Shown here: positions 49,101-62,097 of the stretch, one piece after another | How positions within the stretch are numbered: the first letter of the stretch is position 1 | Layout of the letters: every line of letters begins with the position of its first letter | Source: Chrysemys picta bellii | Lineage: Eukaryota | Direction: 5' to 3' | Length of the DNA: 64,000 nucleotides | Assembly (NCBI RefSeq): GCF_011386835.1 | Contig: NC_088801.1 | Span: 77,500,001-77,564,000 of the forward strand | Translations under genes and position numbers: made by a program | The notes under the pieces: model-generated | Told to the model about the DNA's origin: nothing | The model's input: only the letters and a program-made list of their open reading frames with translations | Database searches by the model: none

Positions 49101-52100
49101 CCTGCTGGAAGCTAAGTGCCCCCACCCCCCTTTGCTAATGGACTTCAGGCACTGAAATCAATGGCAAAAAATCCAACAACTGCAATGGGAACAAGATCTG
49201 GCCATTAATCGCTCCACAGGAGTTCAGGACATGAGCTAATGAAAGATCATGTCACCACTCCAGTAATGGAATAACATTTATAACAGCATTACAGTTAATG
49301 AGAGCGACAGTGAAGAGAGGGAGAAACCCCAGGAAAGTTACGTCTTTCCAGACACACTTTCTTATCGCTTTGTGGCTTGTTTCCGGCTGCCTCACTCTAA
49401 GAATTGCAGCCTTTCTGTGATGAATTAAAACTCTGCATTTGCAATGACACTTTATTGAATTTCTGGATTTCCCCCCCCTCCTATTCCTGTAAATTGCAGA
49501 AGCTGCACTGCGTTAATAGGATTACGCCATTTCTATGAACAGGATTCAGCCTATCTGGTCTTACAGAGACGCTGATGATCTCTTCGGTTTGAAAACGTTA
49601 TTAGTTGGACAAATCCTCACACCAGGAAAATGAAATAGGGAAGACTTTACTGTGCAACCACATTAATGTTGTCCATGTTTAGTGAGCGCTGTCTGCGTGG
49701 GTAGACTGTCCCTCCTCCCAAGCCTGTCTGCTGGAGGCAACCCCATTTTCTCTCATTTGTTCCCCTTTCCGTCCTTACCTTAGTTCTAGCTCAACAGCCG
49801 TCCTTCTGGCTGAAGAGGGGAGGAATCGATCTCTGTGGACAGCATTTGTGTCGCTTCCTAGAGGTGATGCCACAGAGGTGTGTGGCTCTGCCTTCCCACC
49901 AGGGAAGCCTGATTAAGGGTTGGACTTCTTGGGTTCCAACATCACTCTGACCGCTAAGGTGTACGTGTAGCATGTGCCATATCCCTTCACAGACCTAAAG
50001 TGACACGTAGAACTGGCAGCAGAGCTTGGCTTTCTTTAAAGGGACACGCTCGGCTGGGAAATCACACGTCTCTGGCAATTGTGAACAGTCAGTAAACAGA
50101 GTCAGCGTGTAAGATCACAATAATGGAAAGAAACTGGCAAAAAAGAAAAACCATTTTCAATGCATGTGCTGTTTGCATGTGACAGCAGCTGGCATACAGA
50201 CAGTTTCTCTTGCTTCCACCTTGATGTCACTGGGGAAGCAGAAAACCCTGATTGATGTGTTTGAAAGGAAGATGTTTCAAGGCCCTTTCAGGGGATGCTA
50301 TTGAAAGGGGGTTCTGCCAGCATTTGGAGTTCTTAAAACTGGCTCCTTTTAACACACAGGGTCAGCTCCACTGTCCACGCCATCCTCTGTGCTGCTCTAG
50401 CAATGTGAGAGGCCCCAAAGCTGGGCATAGAACTAGCATAACCAGCTCCTAGATCACCTTGCCTGCCACAACGTGCCATGACCCCTCTGGGGAGGAAGCA
50501 CATGACCGGATCCTCAGCGGGCTCCTTGGGACCTGTACATATCCAGCATAGCTTAGAGCAGCCCTCTGCTCTTGAACCAGGAGCAGGATGAGGGAGCTGT
50601 ACCTGGCTCCCCCTCCCCTCAACCCACCTGCGTCCCACTTCCACTGGGTACAGCGCGGTGTCATGGCCATTAAACTTCTTGCAACCTCAGATCAGTCCCT
50701 GAGCCTTTGTAATGGCAACAGGTAATAGAAATTGGCCTACCAGCACTTCCCTCTGGCCAGCGGAGAAACCGAGATTTGTTAGGGGTCTTGCTCTGACCGG
50801 CACTAACCCTTTGAGGCTGAGCAGCGCCCTAGCCTGAGAAGGCAAGGCAGTATTCTGGTCTCACTGGGCCTTGCTCTGCGTTTGTCAGCGTGAGCCGAGA
50901 GATGTGCTGGCAGGACAAACGGGGCTCTGCAGGAAGTGGGTGCTAGTCAGGGAACTAAGAGGGGGCTAGACTTGTCTCTGAATAATTCTGTATGTCGCTG
51001 CCCTTTTGATCATGTGCTTGATCGTTGGACTAGGAAAAGGTAACATGTCTCTAGCAAGCAAGGGTGGCACTTCTTAGTGACTAGTGGGGCTAGTTCTGGC
51101 CAATGAGGCCACAGATATCCGTTAACCGGAGACTGTCCGGAGAGCTGTGCAATCTACAGAGCTGGCTGAAAACGGTGCTGTGTGTTTCACAGAAAGTGTA
51201 GAGGGAAAACCAACACCTTTCGTGTTTTCATGGAATCTTTCACTGGTTTCTGAATTTTCTAGAAAACCTTTTGAGAAGTTTTGATTGAGGGGCTGAGGGG
51301 GGTCTCACTTTCCCCCTCTTTCCAGCAGGGGAGAAGAAGGTGGGGGTTTAAAGCCTATTTTCTTTATTGAAAAACAAAAAATTTCCACACAACTGAAACT
51401 GTTCCTCAATTTTCTGCCTTGTCTGAAACCCCCTTTTTGGAGTGAGAGATTTCTGGCAGGTCCAGTGGCATGGCTGAAGCGGTGCAGTCCTGGCTGGCAC
51501 CAGGGCTTTCTGGTTCTACCACGCACACGCTGCTAGCCGCAGAGGGAGTGGCTTATCCAGGGCCAGATCCTCCACTGGGGTAAATTGGGGTCGATCTGTC
51601 GAAATTGCCTGCAGCCCCATTGGCTATTTTGGGTTCCAGTGGGTTTGTTGTTGTTCTGAGTGTCTTGCAAATCACCAGATCTGAGTTTTAAATGTGCTCC
51701 TTCATGTCTTTGGAGGTAGAGCAGACCTGAAGCGGGAATGGGGCAAAAATGATTGAACAATTTTTTTCTCATCAAAAGCCTTGGAGTCTGGGGGCAGAGC
51801 TGGGCAGCAGTTGGCGTACTGCCTGCTTCTTCTTCCACCCATTTGCTTTGTTATAACTCCTCTTTCTTCTCCGTGCTTGTGTGTGCGTTCTACCAAATTG
51901 TGTGATTTCTGGTGGTTAGGACTGGCTTGTATGTGCCATGGGAATAGAAGGCCCGATTAAGGAGTCAGTGGCTTCTGCTTCACAATGTTCCCTTCTGCCT
52001 CATGGAGAAGCAATGCTGGGCAGCCAGGCTGTGCTATTCTCTAGGGCCCAGCCAGGACAGCGCTTCCCTGAGCTGTGCTTTGGTTATCGCGCCGGCTAGG

Positions 52101-54379
52101 ATCCCCGTACGACGCTGAGTGGCAAAAGGGAGCTTTGACTTGCTCCTCTGAAATGGGGTTAACAAACGCGGACTGCCCTTTCCGGCTGCTTGTGGCTCCT
52201 CTCCTGAGAGAGCACTTCAGAAACGGTTCGGTCTCGTGATAGGCTGTATTTGGACTTTCATCATGCAGCAAAAAAGATGCCGCTCTTTCTTTCAGATCAT
52301 TGCCAGGCTGTAACTGTAGAATGGCCCATGTGAGTCTGACCAGCACGGCAGCTCGTTTGGTCACGGACAGTAGCAATCGCTGAATCATTTAGCAATGTGG
52401 TGGGGAGGGGGAAATAGTGGAGGCTGCCAAAATGTTCAAACGTGGGTGCCAAAGGCCCCATCGCTCCTCATTGGGCATCTAAGTAAAAGTATTTGATTTT
52501 CCAAGGTGTTGCGGGCCAGCAGCGCTGGCTGGAGTCTGTGGGAGATGTGCATGCGCCGCATCTTGAAAAGTCAGGTCACGGAAATGCCCTCATTTAGAAG
52601 CGCAGAGGTGTGGAAATCTTGGCCTTAATGGGTCCAGTTTGGTTCTGCCTTGAAAAGTGCCTGTGAAATACATGTTGTGTGGGGCTCCATATTCCTTGTG
52701 TCTCTCGCGGCTTTCTGTACGCCCTGTTTCCAAGTCAAAAGACGTTTATTTCTGCTTGCCAGCTCCACAGACTCACCCTGGACTGTCTGACTCCAGCTGG
52801 AATCTTTCCACCTCCTGGATCATCCCTAGCAATAAAGATACAGCAGACTAAACTGAGCTCTCAGTTACACTTGTGCAGCTCTGCTAGTCTTCGCTGGGTT
52901 TACATAGGAGTAACTGAGAATATAATGAAGAGGAAAAATAAGGGCATAATTTGCCCTGCAGATCAATTTTAGTTTCTGGTGATGAGTGAGATGGAAAAGA
53001 TCCAGCTTGTTTGTCAGAAATCAGGCTCCAGGTGGTAGCTGGAGAATGCACCTATTCTTGACAATCATGGCACGTTAGATATGGAAATCAGAGATCCCAA
53101 TGAATATGCAACACTCCAATGCCAATTATAGAGTAACTTTTCTGGAGAGAACTATACGTCAAAACTCCTGCTATTATGGGAAGAATTCTCAGCTGTTCCT
53201 TGAATTTAGTGTGGTTTCACTTTCCAATCATTTGTCTTGTACCAAAGTCAGATTTTCTGAAAATCAGGCTGTCTCAAATCTGGATTTAGGAGCTGAGCTG
53301 TACCCCTGAAAGAGAAGAGCACGTCCCGTGGTGAAATTGTACTGAAAGGGTTAGTGCCATCCTGCATGGACAGGAGCTAGGCCTGGGAGTGTGCTTGAGC
53401 TATGGGCAGAGACCAGTGGGAACGAGGCCTGCACACTGGAGTAGTGCGTAATGAAGAGGGAGGTTGGAGAGCGGGATCAATGCACCGGGGATGTTCCTAC
53501 TGTGAGTAGTGCGCGGTATTCAGGGCTCCTCTCTACTGGAAAGTAAACACGAGCCGAGCCCCCTTGGTGAGCTGCTTCCCACCCACTAATGCAGCCCAAA
53601 CACTTTCTCTCCATGGTGGGGGCACTTGTTGGGGTAACTGACTTGTTAAGGAGAAAACTCCGAATTGCCACAATTCCTTCCATCCCCATTCTTTGACATC
53701 AGGCGCATTTGGTGCAGCATGCTGACGGCGATCCCCCTACAGCTCCTTCAGCCTCCGGCCTCTCCACTCCAGTTCTCCTCTTGGCTGGAAGCAGGTGGAA
53801 TTTGGTGGGTGTCTTTCAAACGTGGCTGGCCTCCCACTTCCAGTGTCAGGATGGCCCAGACCACTCCTGGAAGCTGCTGTGTGCCCTTCAGAAGTTCAGC
53901 TAACCACTTGCACGGCTGATCACTGTGTTGTTACATTCTTTTATTGTCATGTCCATCTAACGTAAGTGGATACAGGCGCTCCCTTCCCCAGAGTGGGCGA
54001 CTGGCCTGCTCTGTAGTGTGCAGTCACAACTGACACCCCTTGTTCTTGTATTCAGCTTCAACAGGCAGAATCCCACTGGCTCTGTTCCTGCTTTCCTCTC
54101 TGTCCAATGAAAGGCTGCAGGAAAGCCTCGATAACTTCCCATAATCCTCCCAGGAGGCAACTGGAACTGCAGGCCCTGGGCTAGAGTCTCAGCTGCTCCC
54201 AGCTAGGGATATCCAACTGCAAAAGGGCCAGATCGCTTCTCGGGATCTGTTCTTCTGGGTCCAGCCCTGTCGTTAAGGGACCGCCAGCCCCTTGCTGCTC
54301 GATCCGAATGGCATCTGAGCTTTGCTTACAGAATGGTCTCCGCACTTGCGCAGTCTCCATCAGTAGCAGAGAGGATCTC

Positions 54380-57300
54380 TCATCCACTGCCCTATATTCT
54401 AGGTCAATTTTGTTACCGCTGCATTGACCTCTATATGTACACTGGGCATTATCCTTTCTTATTCCAGTCTGCTGGCCTTGAAGCAACAGTCCTCCACTTT
54501 TTGATTTCTTTGGCCACAGCAAAACCATTTAAAGCTCGGTTATTCTTTTTGACACTTGGCTAGTGTGGTGTTCATTTTGGTGCACATCATCCCTTATTGT
54601 GTTGCCATCTCCACTGACACAGCAGTGTCCACGTGCAGAATTGTGGCTCCGGAGACACTAGGGGGCTCATATTTGAGTTGTCTGTCTGCCAAGAGATGTG
54701 CCATCGATCCACATTCTAGTCCTGCACCCCCTGTTGCCGCTGTTCCTTAGAAAGGTTGTGCCTGATGTACGATCTGAGGCTCAACTATGTCAGAGAAGGG
54801 GCGTCTTGGCTGTAACCAGCATTTTTGATCTGGCTTTGAGATGAAATTGTGAAGTAAGCTCTCTTGATTGTTGGCTGCGCACAGTAACGCGGCCAGGGCC
54901 CTGCCTTCACGCCTACTTGCTGTGGAAGCAATGCCAGCCGGGACTGGAAGGTTGGAGACTGGAGTTGTCCGGGCCACACCAGTGAAGATCTGTAGGCCAG
55001 AGTTAATCATCGGGTCCAACTTGTCTCCGTGGCAGTGGGAGCCCCCTGCTGCCTCCCGGTGTTCGGCAGGTGCAATAATTACGGCATTGGCAGATGTCCA
55101 TAGAGTTGCCGCGCCAGCACCCCAGGAGTTGCCAGCAAGCCTGCGGAGGAGTGGGACTCTCGACTGGATTTTGGCGCGTCTTCTCCATGTGTTGAGGAAA
55201 GGACAGAGAGTGGTCAAGCATTATCCCGGGCCCCAGAGAAGTAGGGTAAAGTTCAGAAGCGATTGGTTGGTTGTTCCGAGGACTTGCGGCTGGCAATGAG
55301 CTAACCACGTGGTGAGATGGAAAGAAGATGGCACTGAATTTTAGTGCGTTCAGTTTAAATCTCCACTTCAAAAAGTACTTGGCCACGGTGTCAAGGTCAG
55401 ATGGCAGGCAGATCTCCCGCTCCTCAGGCAGAGGTCAGCAGTGCACACAAACGTAGCTACTGAGGCAGGTGGCAGGTGAGCTGTGGGTGCAGGTGTGTGT
55501 ATATTAAAGAGCATCGAAGTGCGTAGAGCTCCCCGGGGAAGTCTCTTGTCCATGTGACGTGGGTGATGTGAACCATCTCCACACTTGACGATCACGGTCC
55601 CGTTGGAAATCATCTGCCTGATAAACTCTTCAAGTCTTTTGTCTAGGACCATGGGGGATAATTTTAGGACTAGTCCATAGTGCCAACTGTGTTGTATGCT
55701 GACAAAAGGGCAACCAAAACAGTGCTGACTTTCTGTCCAGCCTCAATGGCACACTCAGTACAAGAGGTCTGTCTGATCACTTGATCCTGGTCACTATGGT
55801 CCAGTCAGAACCCTGCCTGGTAATGAGATACGTGTGGGGCAATTAAAGGCAACGATCATTTAAGGACCAGTCTATTGAGTGATGCTGATCTGAGCAATTG
55901 GGTGATAGTTTCTGGGTCATCGACCTTCCTTCCAGGCTTGAGACGTGCCCCTGCGTGTGACCTTCGCCAGGGCTTGGGAACCAGGCAGCCTCCCAGACAA
56001 GTGCTAGAGACTGTTTGCAGACTGTCACCTCAGGATGAGCTCATGCGATGCCGGAACTCTCCATGGATGTTATCAAATCCAGGAGCCTCGTAAGGCTTGG
56101 AGAAAGAAGTGGCTGATTCCAGTTCCTCCTTAGTGAATGGCTGGGATAAGCTGGAGGGGATTGACCAAATGTTTGAGAGCAGACAATACCTTCCGATCGT
56201 GATTTTTGTAATTCTTGGTCGTCTGTTGGCCACAAGTGGGCTGCCGCAGCATTTGCTGAGACGCGTCGGGCATTTAGGAGTCTCCTCCACCCGAAGGTGA
56301 TGAAGACCCCGAGTCCTATGGTTTGAGTGCACGAAGTACAGACTTTGAACACATTCATGTCACTTTTGCTGCCTCTTAACACAAAGACATTCCATTAGCA
56401 TATTAGTGGCTGGTTTTATCCCCTCAGGCGAAGCAGACTGCCTCTCCTTTGGGTAGAGGTCATCACAGGTCCCAGCTGGGGTTATGTGCCCTGTGAAAAC
56501 CATGTGGAATTGACTTTCTCACCACGCTTAGCGAAGTCTCACCGAGGACCTTGTGAGACAGGTTCCCGATATTAGCCACATGCCGTGGCTCCCTGACTTC
56601 GAGGAGTCTGTCTCTCTCTTCTCTGAGGCGGTTCCAACAGGCACAACAAAAGTTCTGTCTCTTGGGTGTGTTCATCTCAGCCGCCGTAATCTCTAGCTCT
56701 GCTATCGCCGTTAAGAGGGGGCAATGCTGAGACTGTGGGTAGTTTCCAAGTGTACACTCAGCGATTGAAAATGGAGCCACCTACAGAGGCGACAGCAAGA
56801 ACCCCGATGGGCCGAATGGGAAGTAGGACACTGCTTGGGGTCACAATGGCAGGATAGGCCCAATCAGTGAGAGTTTTGCTATCAGGAGAATCAGTGAGGT
56901 GGCCGGAGTTCCTGGGAGGTGAATTGAAATCTCCACACACTACTGCAGGATAAAGAACAAGAGGGAGTGGTGGGTGTTGCCGCTGTTCATAAGGGGGCAG
57001 GAAAGATTTATAAGCTTTGCGCTATTGACAAGTATTGCGGTGCCAGGTGGTGATGTCACCTTCCTCGGATTGTCCAAGTTCTTGAAATTTAAGTCCAGGT
57101 TTCACGTAAGTGCAAATCCGAGCGGTCCATGATGAGCGACAGCTGCAGTCTGATAGCCCCTGATTTCTGGCTGAGACTCCATGCTGGAATGGGTTTCTTG
57201 AAGCAATAAAATGTCTGTGATGATTAAGGTTAAGATTCTGTCACGGTTATTTCTAGTAAAAGTCATGGACGGGTCGTGGGCAATAAACAAAAATTCACGG

Positions 57301-57720
57301 AAGCCTGTGACCTGTCTATGACTTCTACTAAAAATAACGGGGGAGACTGACCGCTCCAAGGCTGGCAGCTTAGAGCTCAGGATCTCTGCTCCCCACAGCG
57401 GCTCAGAGCCTCAGGGCTGGTGGTTCGGAGATCCAGGGCCCCCGCTCCCCGTGGCAGCTGACAGCTCGGGGGCCCCGTGGCAGGTCAGAGCTCAGGGGCC
57501 CTGCGATGGCTGAAGCTGAAGTGGAAAATGTCCTGGAGGTCTCTGAAAGTCACGGAATCAGTGACCTCCAGGACAAAATGTTAGCCTTAGGAATGATGTT
57601 AGCAGTTAGCAGCCAAAGAGCCTGACGCTTAGGGGCAGAGCTGCCCTCTGGATTCAGCTGTAAGATTGTTAAAGCTCCCACGAGACTTGTGGTCCCTTCT
57701 CACGCTCTGATTCTATGGCC
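54380..57720 (-). mobile_element. Vingi/Ingi-like (I-group) LINE, near full length, heavily decayed
   Basis: Minus-strand order is APE (ILQLNPEG; DILLLQETH; VCGDFNS), RT (PFTKEELE..APGFDNIH; PKPWRR..LKPG; LPRGALRTSMLFNIHT), post-RT LLRRLAGNSWGAGAATL..TPV..LPV, then a decayed C-terminal Cys motif. There is no room for an RNase H domain. Confidence 0.78.
57227..57587. mobile_element. MITE nested in the Vingi-like APE domain
   Basis: TIRs AGGTTAAGATTCTGTCA vs revcomp AGGCTAACATTTTGTCC (13/17) with TA on both sides. APE-like text continues on both flanks. Confidence 0.78.
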
Positions 57721-58649
57721 GAGATGTCAGGCTTGGTCCCTCCCCTCTGGGGGGTTAATGGAAGACACCAGCAGGGCAGCTCCTGCAGTCGTTAAAGAGC
57801 TACAGTCTCTGGATAACTCTTCTCTTTCATGGGGCTGGGGCCTCGGGGTGGACAGTTTATTTCCCATGAATCTTATGAGGATATGGACAGGCGCCTTTCC
57901 CAACATGCTCTACAGATAGAGCACAGTGTGTGGATAGCCCCAAATGGGCCTGTCCCAGGCCTTGACTTCATTAACAAAGGGAACACAAAGTTCAGCTAAA
58001 ATCTTCTCCCAGGCTTTGCAGCTCCTGTGGGCCCATTCTGGTCTGCTCAGCCCCGACCCTAGGTCCTCTGTCTAGAGAGCCCTTGCCCCTTTGTGCGTCC
58101 ATGTGCCTCACACTGCCAGCCTGTGGCAGGAGGGTGCTACGCTACAGAGCCATTAATGCAAATACAGCATTGCCAACCCGTGCAGGAGTCACCGGGGGGA
58201 GGTGGGGGATGTCCAAGAAATCCCGCCACTACGGCTAGGCCAGGAGAGATCTTTACATAGAGCAGAGGGAGGCAACAATCCTGCGGCTTCTTTTGCATAT
58301 CCTGCATTTATACAGAAGAGCTATAATTTAATACAGACTGTTAAAAAGAGGCCCCAGAACTGTGGCTTTTGTATCTGCTTCATGCTGAATACAGATACCC
58401 AGTGAGCAAAGTCTGTCTGGTGGGGCACTAGGGAGGCCAGAATTTGGAATGTTACCTGCTAGCTTCTGTAGAGTGACCATATTTCCCTATGCTGAATACC
58501 GGACACCTGGTAAAATTACTCGTATTCAAGGGAGTTCAGCAGCGATCCATCAGAACTAAGCAGTACCAACGTTCAAATTAACATCAAGTTGACTGAGCCT
58601 CTGTTAAAAAGAAATACTGTGTAGTTGGATTCTTTTTATTTACCTGATC

Positions 58650-59583
58650 TTTAAGGCTTTAGGGGTCACACACTAGGTGACACACACACCCCTACCCTCC
58701 CCCTCCACGTGCACACATACACATGGGGAGAGGTGACACATCCACACTCCGGTACACCTCTCTCAACGGGGAGGGGACGGGTGACTGACTGACCCAACCC
58801 TCCCTGTCTGGCGCTTTTTGCCCTCCAGGCCTGGCTGGGCTCCCGGGAGGGACCCACCTCACCTGTTGCCATGTGTCCCTGAGGCAACACGTGTGGGGGT
58901 AGGGGGGGCACGCAGGGTCATATGTCTCCCTCCCCAGATTTCTGCCACGGTTCACACCAGAATGTGGCCCTGTACAGAAGAGAAGGGAAGGGAGCTACTT
59001 TCAGCCACGGGGCGGGGTTGGGGGAGGAGAATGACCTGGCGTGATATGGAGGAGCACCAGGGCTGGGGGGAAGGGGGTAAAGGGAGAGAACAGCGAGACG
59101 GGGAGCACGTGAAGGGCCGATGGGTGGGCAGCAGAGGCGACATGTAACCGGCTGGCGCCTGGCGCCTACCCGCACTCACCAGCCGCCGCAGCGCGCAGCC
59201 ATTGCCGGCCAGAAAGGAAATGGGGGGCGGGGCCCTGTTGGCTGAGAGCCGGCACGCAGCGGGGGCTGCGCTGACGGACCAGCAGGGGGAGCGGCCGGCC
59301 CCGTGCACTGCAGCTGTGCCGGCCCTCCATCCAAACTCCTAGAAACTTTGCACACCCACACCCATTGTCAGCCACTGGACCCCCCCCCCCCACACACACA
59401 CACACACACACACTCACTGCTGGTGGGCAGGCGGCTGGCAAGCAGGGATCCGGCCAGCAGCATCACCCGCCAGTAGTGGTCGGCGGGACAGAAAATACAG
59501 GACAATTTGCCTGTTTTTAAGAAGAAGTTGGGACACCTGCAGGAGGGCTTAAATGCTTTAAAAATGGGACACCTGGTTACCCT
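58650..59583. mobile_element. Composite of GC-rich non-autonomous hAT-like elements
   Basis: The right end gggacacctggttacccta resembles a TAGGGTGACCAG-type TIR, with subterminal gggacac repeats and an internal ..ccagatttctg..ggccctg end. The left boundary is uncertain. Confidence 0.4.
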
Positions 59584-61553
59584 ATGGCTTCTGCACCCCT
59601 GGGTCTTTGTCGGGCCGTGTGCACTCTCACTGCCATGGCTGTGGTGACCTCTGGGGGCAGAGGGATGAAGGAGATCTCCAGTGGCAGATGGATTGCTTTG
59701 AATGTGCCCGTACAGAAACGGCCAGCAAGCCAGCCGGCAGGTGACAGGAATGCCTTGTGTAGCTGATGGGTAGGGGCAGGTTTAGCCACCTCCTTATGAC
59801 GGTGATCTTATTAGTAACTTTCCAGCTAGCTTATTTGTAACTTTATTGCTAATTATTTTTCTAGGAAGAGAAGAGAATGTTTGTTAATGTTGCTGCATTT
59901 GTAGCCATTCCTGGGGCATGCAGGAGGTTGTGGCGTGGATGCCTTTCCCCGCCCCTCTTTCCCATGCAGAAACATTTCAATTAAAGAGACACCAAACAAG
60001 ATTTAAACAATGCTTTATAATGAAAAAAAAATTACCCTCTATTGCTCAACACCCTCTTAAACACGGTGCGTGTGTACAGCATTTGGAGGGAAGAATGGCT
60101 TTTTCCAGAAGGTTTGTGTTCCTGTTGTATGACTGGCGCTGAAATTAACACATCTGTTATTGTTCAACTTCCATTTATATGGTACCCCATTGTGCCAAAA
60201 CATTGTGTTTGTGCAACAGCAGTGTGGATGACATATCCTCAGCAGAGTTCTGGGAAGCGCATTTGTTAAATCACTGCTCCTGCAGAACTAACACAAAAAT
60301 GGGGGCTCTGCTCTGCTTGTTGGCTTTGCGTAGTATTTGGAGCTCTCCAGTTTAGTTAAATTGTCCTCATTACATTGCAACGGTGCCAACAATAACCGTT
60401 TTTATCATGAGCTGCCTGGTATTTGCTCTGTTACTGTCCCAGTTCCTGGAGTCATGGGATTTGGTGATAATCTGTTTTCTTTCCTTTTCTTAAGTAAATT
60501 TCTAGCCCTTATGTCTGGGGGGAAAGTTTGAAAACATGAGCTGAATGGACCCGGAAGGCTCAAAAACAAACAGAGAACCCAAGAGGTATTAATAGTTTTT
60601 AAACCAATCTCATGATCGTTTGGGGGCTGACTCATGCGATTTGAGTGCTTGGGGTGGGGAGTACAGAGATAACCGCATCTGCAAGGTAAAATAGCTCTTT
60701 AGTTTACAGAGCGTGACCGTGTTCCTTCACCTACAACCACTCCGAAATACGGGACTGGAATGGAAAATGAGGCTTTTCTCATCTGTCATGAAAGCAGCAT
60801 CTGGAGAGATGCAGAGAGTAGGAAGCAGGCATTTTGATGCAGGAGGCACCAAGCCTTTTGTGTGTTCACAGTTAAAATGTTCCCCACTGCATAGATCCAC
60901 AGAAAAACCCCTCCCCACTAAGAGGAGTAAATGTCAAGGTTATAGAATGTAACTAGCACACAATTAATGTAAGTAGGTGTGTGCTAACTTTGTTCTCAGA
61001 CCAAGGTTTTAAGGGCTAATTTCACTGGACTGTTTCTAGAAGGAAAAAAGAAACCCAAACCCTCTGGATTTCACTTAATAACAGAAGTACAATGGAGCAG
61101 GAGTTTGTCTTGGTCTCTCGGAGGTGCCTGTGAGCCGACAGAAAATAAAAGCGATGCTGAGAGAGCACGGGCTGTAATTAAACAGGCGGAGGAATTTATT
61201 GTCTGAAACGTTTCTGAGCTGCCAGTGGCTTTGTGCATGTTGGAAAAGCATCGGCTGCTTTTTCCTTCGGATGCCGTGATGTTGGAGGAAGAGGCGTGAG
61301 AGCCATTGTGCTGTGCCGTAGCCCAGGAGCGCCTGCAGACTGCGACACTAGGGCTGTGATGGCAGCTGGCCAGAAGCGAGTTGTGTAACTTGCAGAGCGT
61401 GGAGCACACTGTGGGGGCTGTTGGCTTGAATATGGAGGTGAGCGTCATGGCTGCAGCAGCAGATCTGGCAACAGCAGTCGCTGAAGCCTTGCTTGTGCAC
61501 TGAAGAACAAGCCAGCTATGGGTCACTCTGTGGGCTCATGTAGTTCTCGGGCC

Positions 61554-62097
61554 TGTGGCAAGATGGCTGATGTAGTATGGTGGATCCTGCGCTTTTCTTG
61601 GCGGGGGTCTAAGATACCACCCCTTGCCCCTGCTCTTGGGGCACCGAGGGCCCTACTAGTGGCCTGGGAAAGTGGTAAAGGAGGGAAGCGGGGGAGGGGT
61701 CTGGGTTTGCTCCTCACTCTGAGTCCCAGCCCCTCTCAACCCCTGTGGGTTCTTACCCTCTTCCCCCTTGGGTGGGGTACCTTTTGGTCCTTAAACACTG
61801 GGGGATGGAGTCTCCCTCCCCTGCTGGGGCAGAGTCTCCCTTACTCCGGTTTTCTGCTCCTCCAAGTCTCACAGCACACCTCCAAGCTCCAGTCCTCTCT
61901 CCTTCCTCCTTCCCCCTGACTGCCTGAAGCAGGGGGGTTTATTAGGTTGCTAACAGGGCCTTAATTGACTACAGGTGCTCCAATTAACCTGTAGCAACCC
62001 TCCCTAGTCTACAGGGAACCACACCTTAATTAGCCTAGGGGCTTATATACTTCCCTTCTACCACTCTCCCACTGCTCCCTGGCCCTCCTGCATCACA
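61554..62097. mobile_element. Solo LTR (544 bp), probably Gypsy-type
   Basis: TGTGGC...ATCACA termini with 4-bp TSD GGCC. TTTATT (~61939) and TTATATA (~62044) suggest minus orientation. Confidence 0.7.

Noticed and set aside
57690-57740. Possible 2A-like peptide (A-I-E-S-E-R-E-K-G-P) ahead of the Vingi-like APE
   Set aside because: It lacks D and the NPGP core and would need several indels; too degenerate to support.
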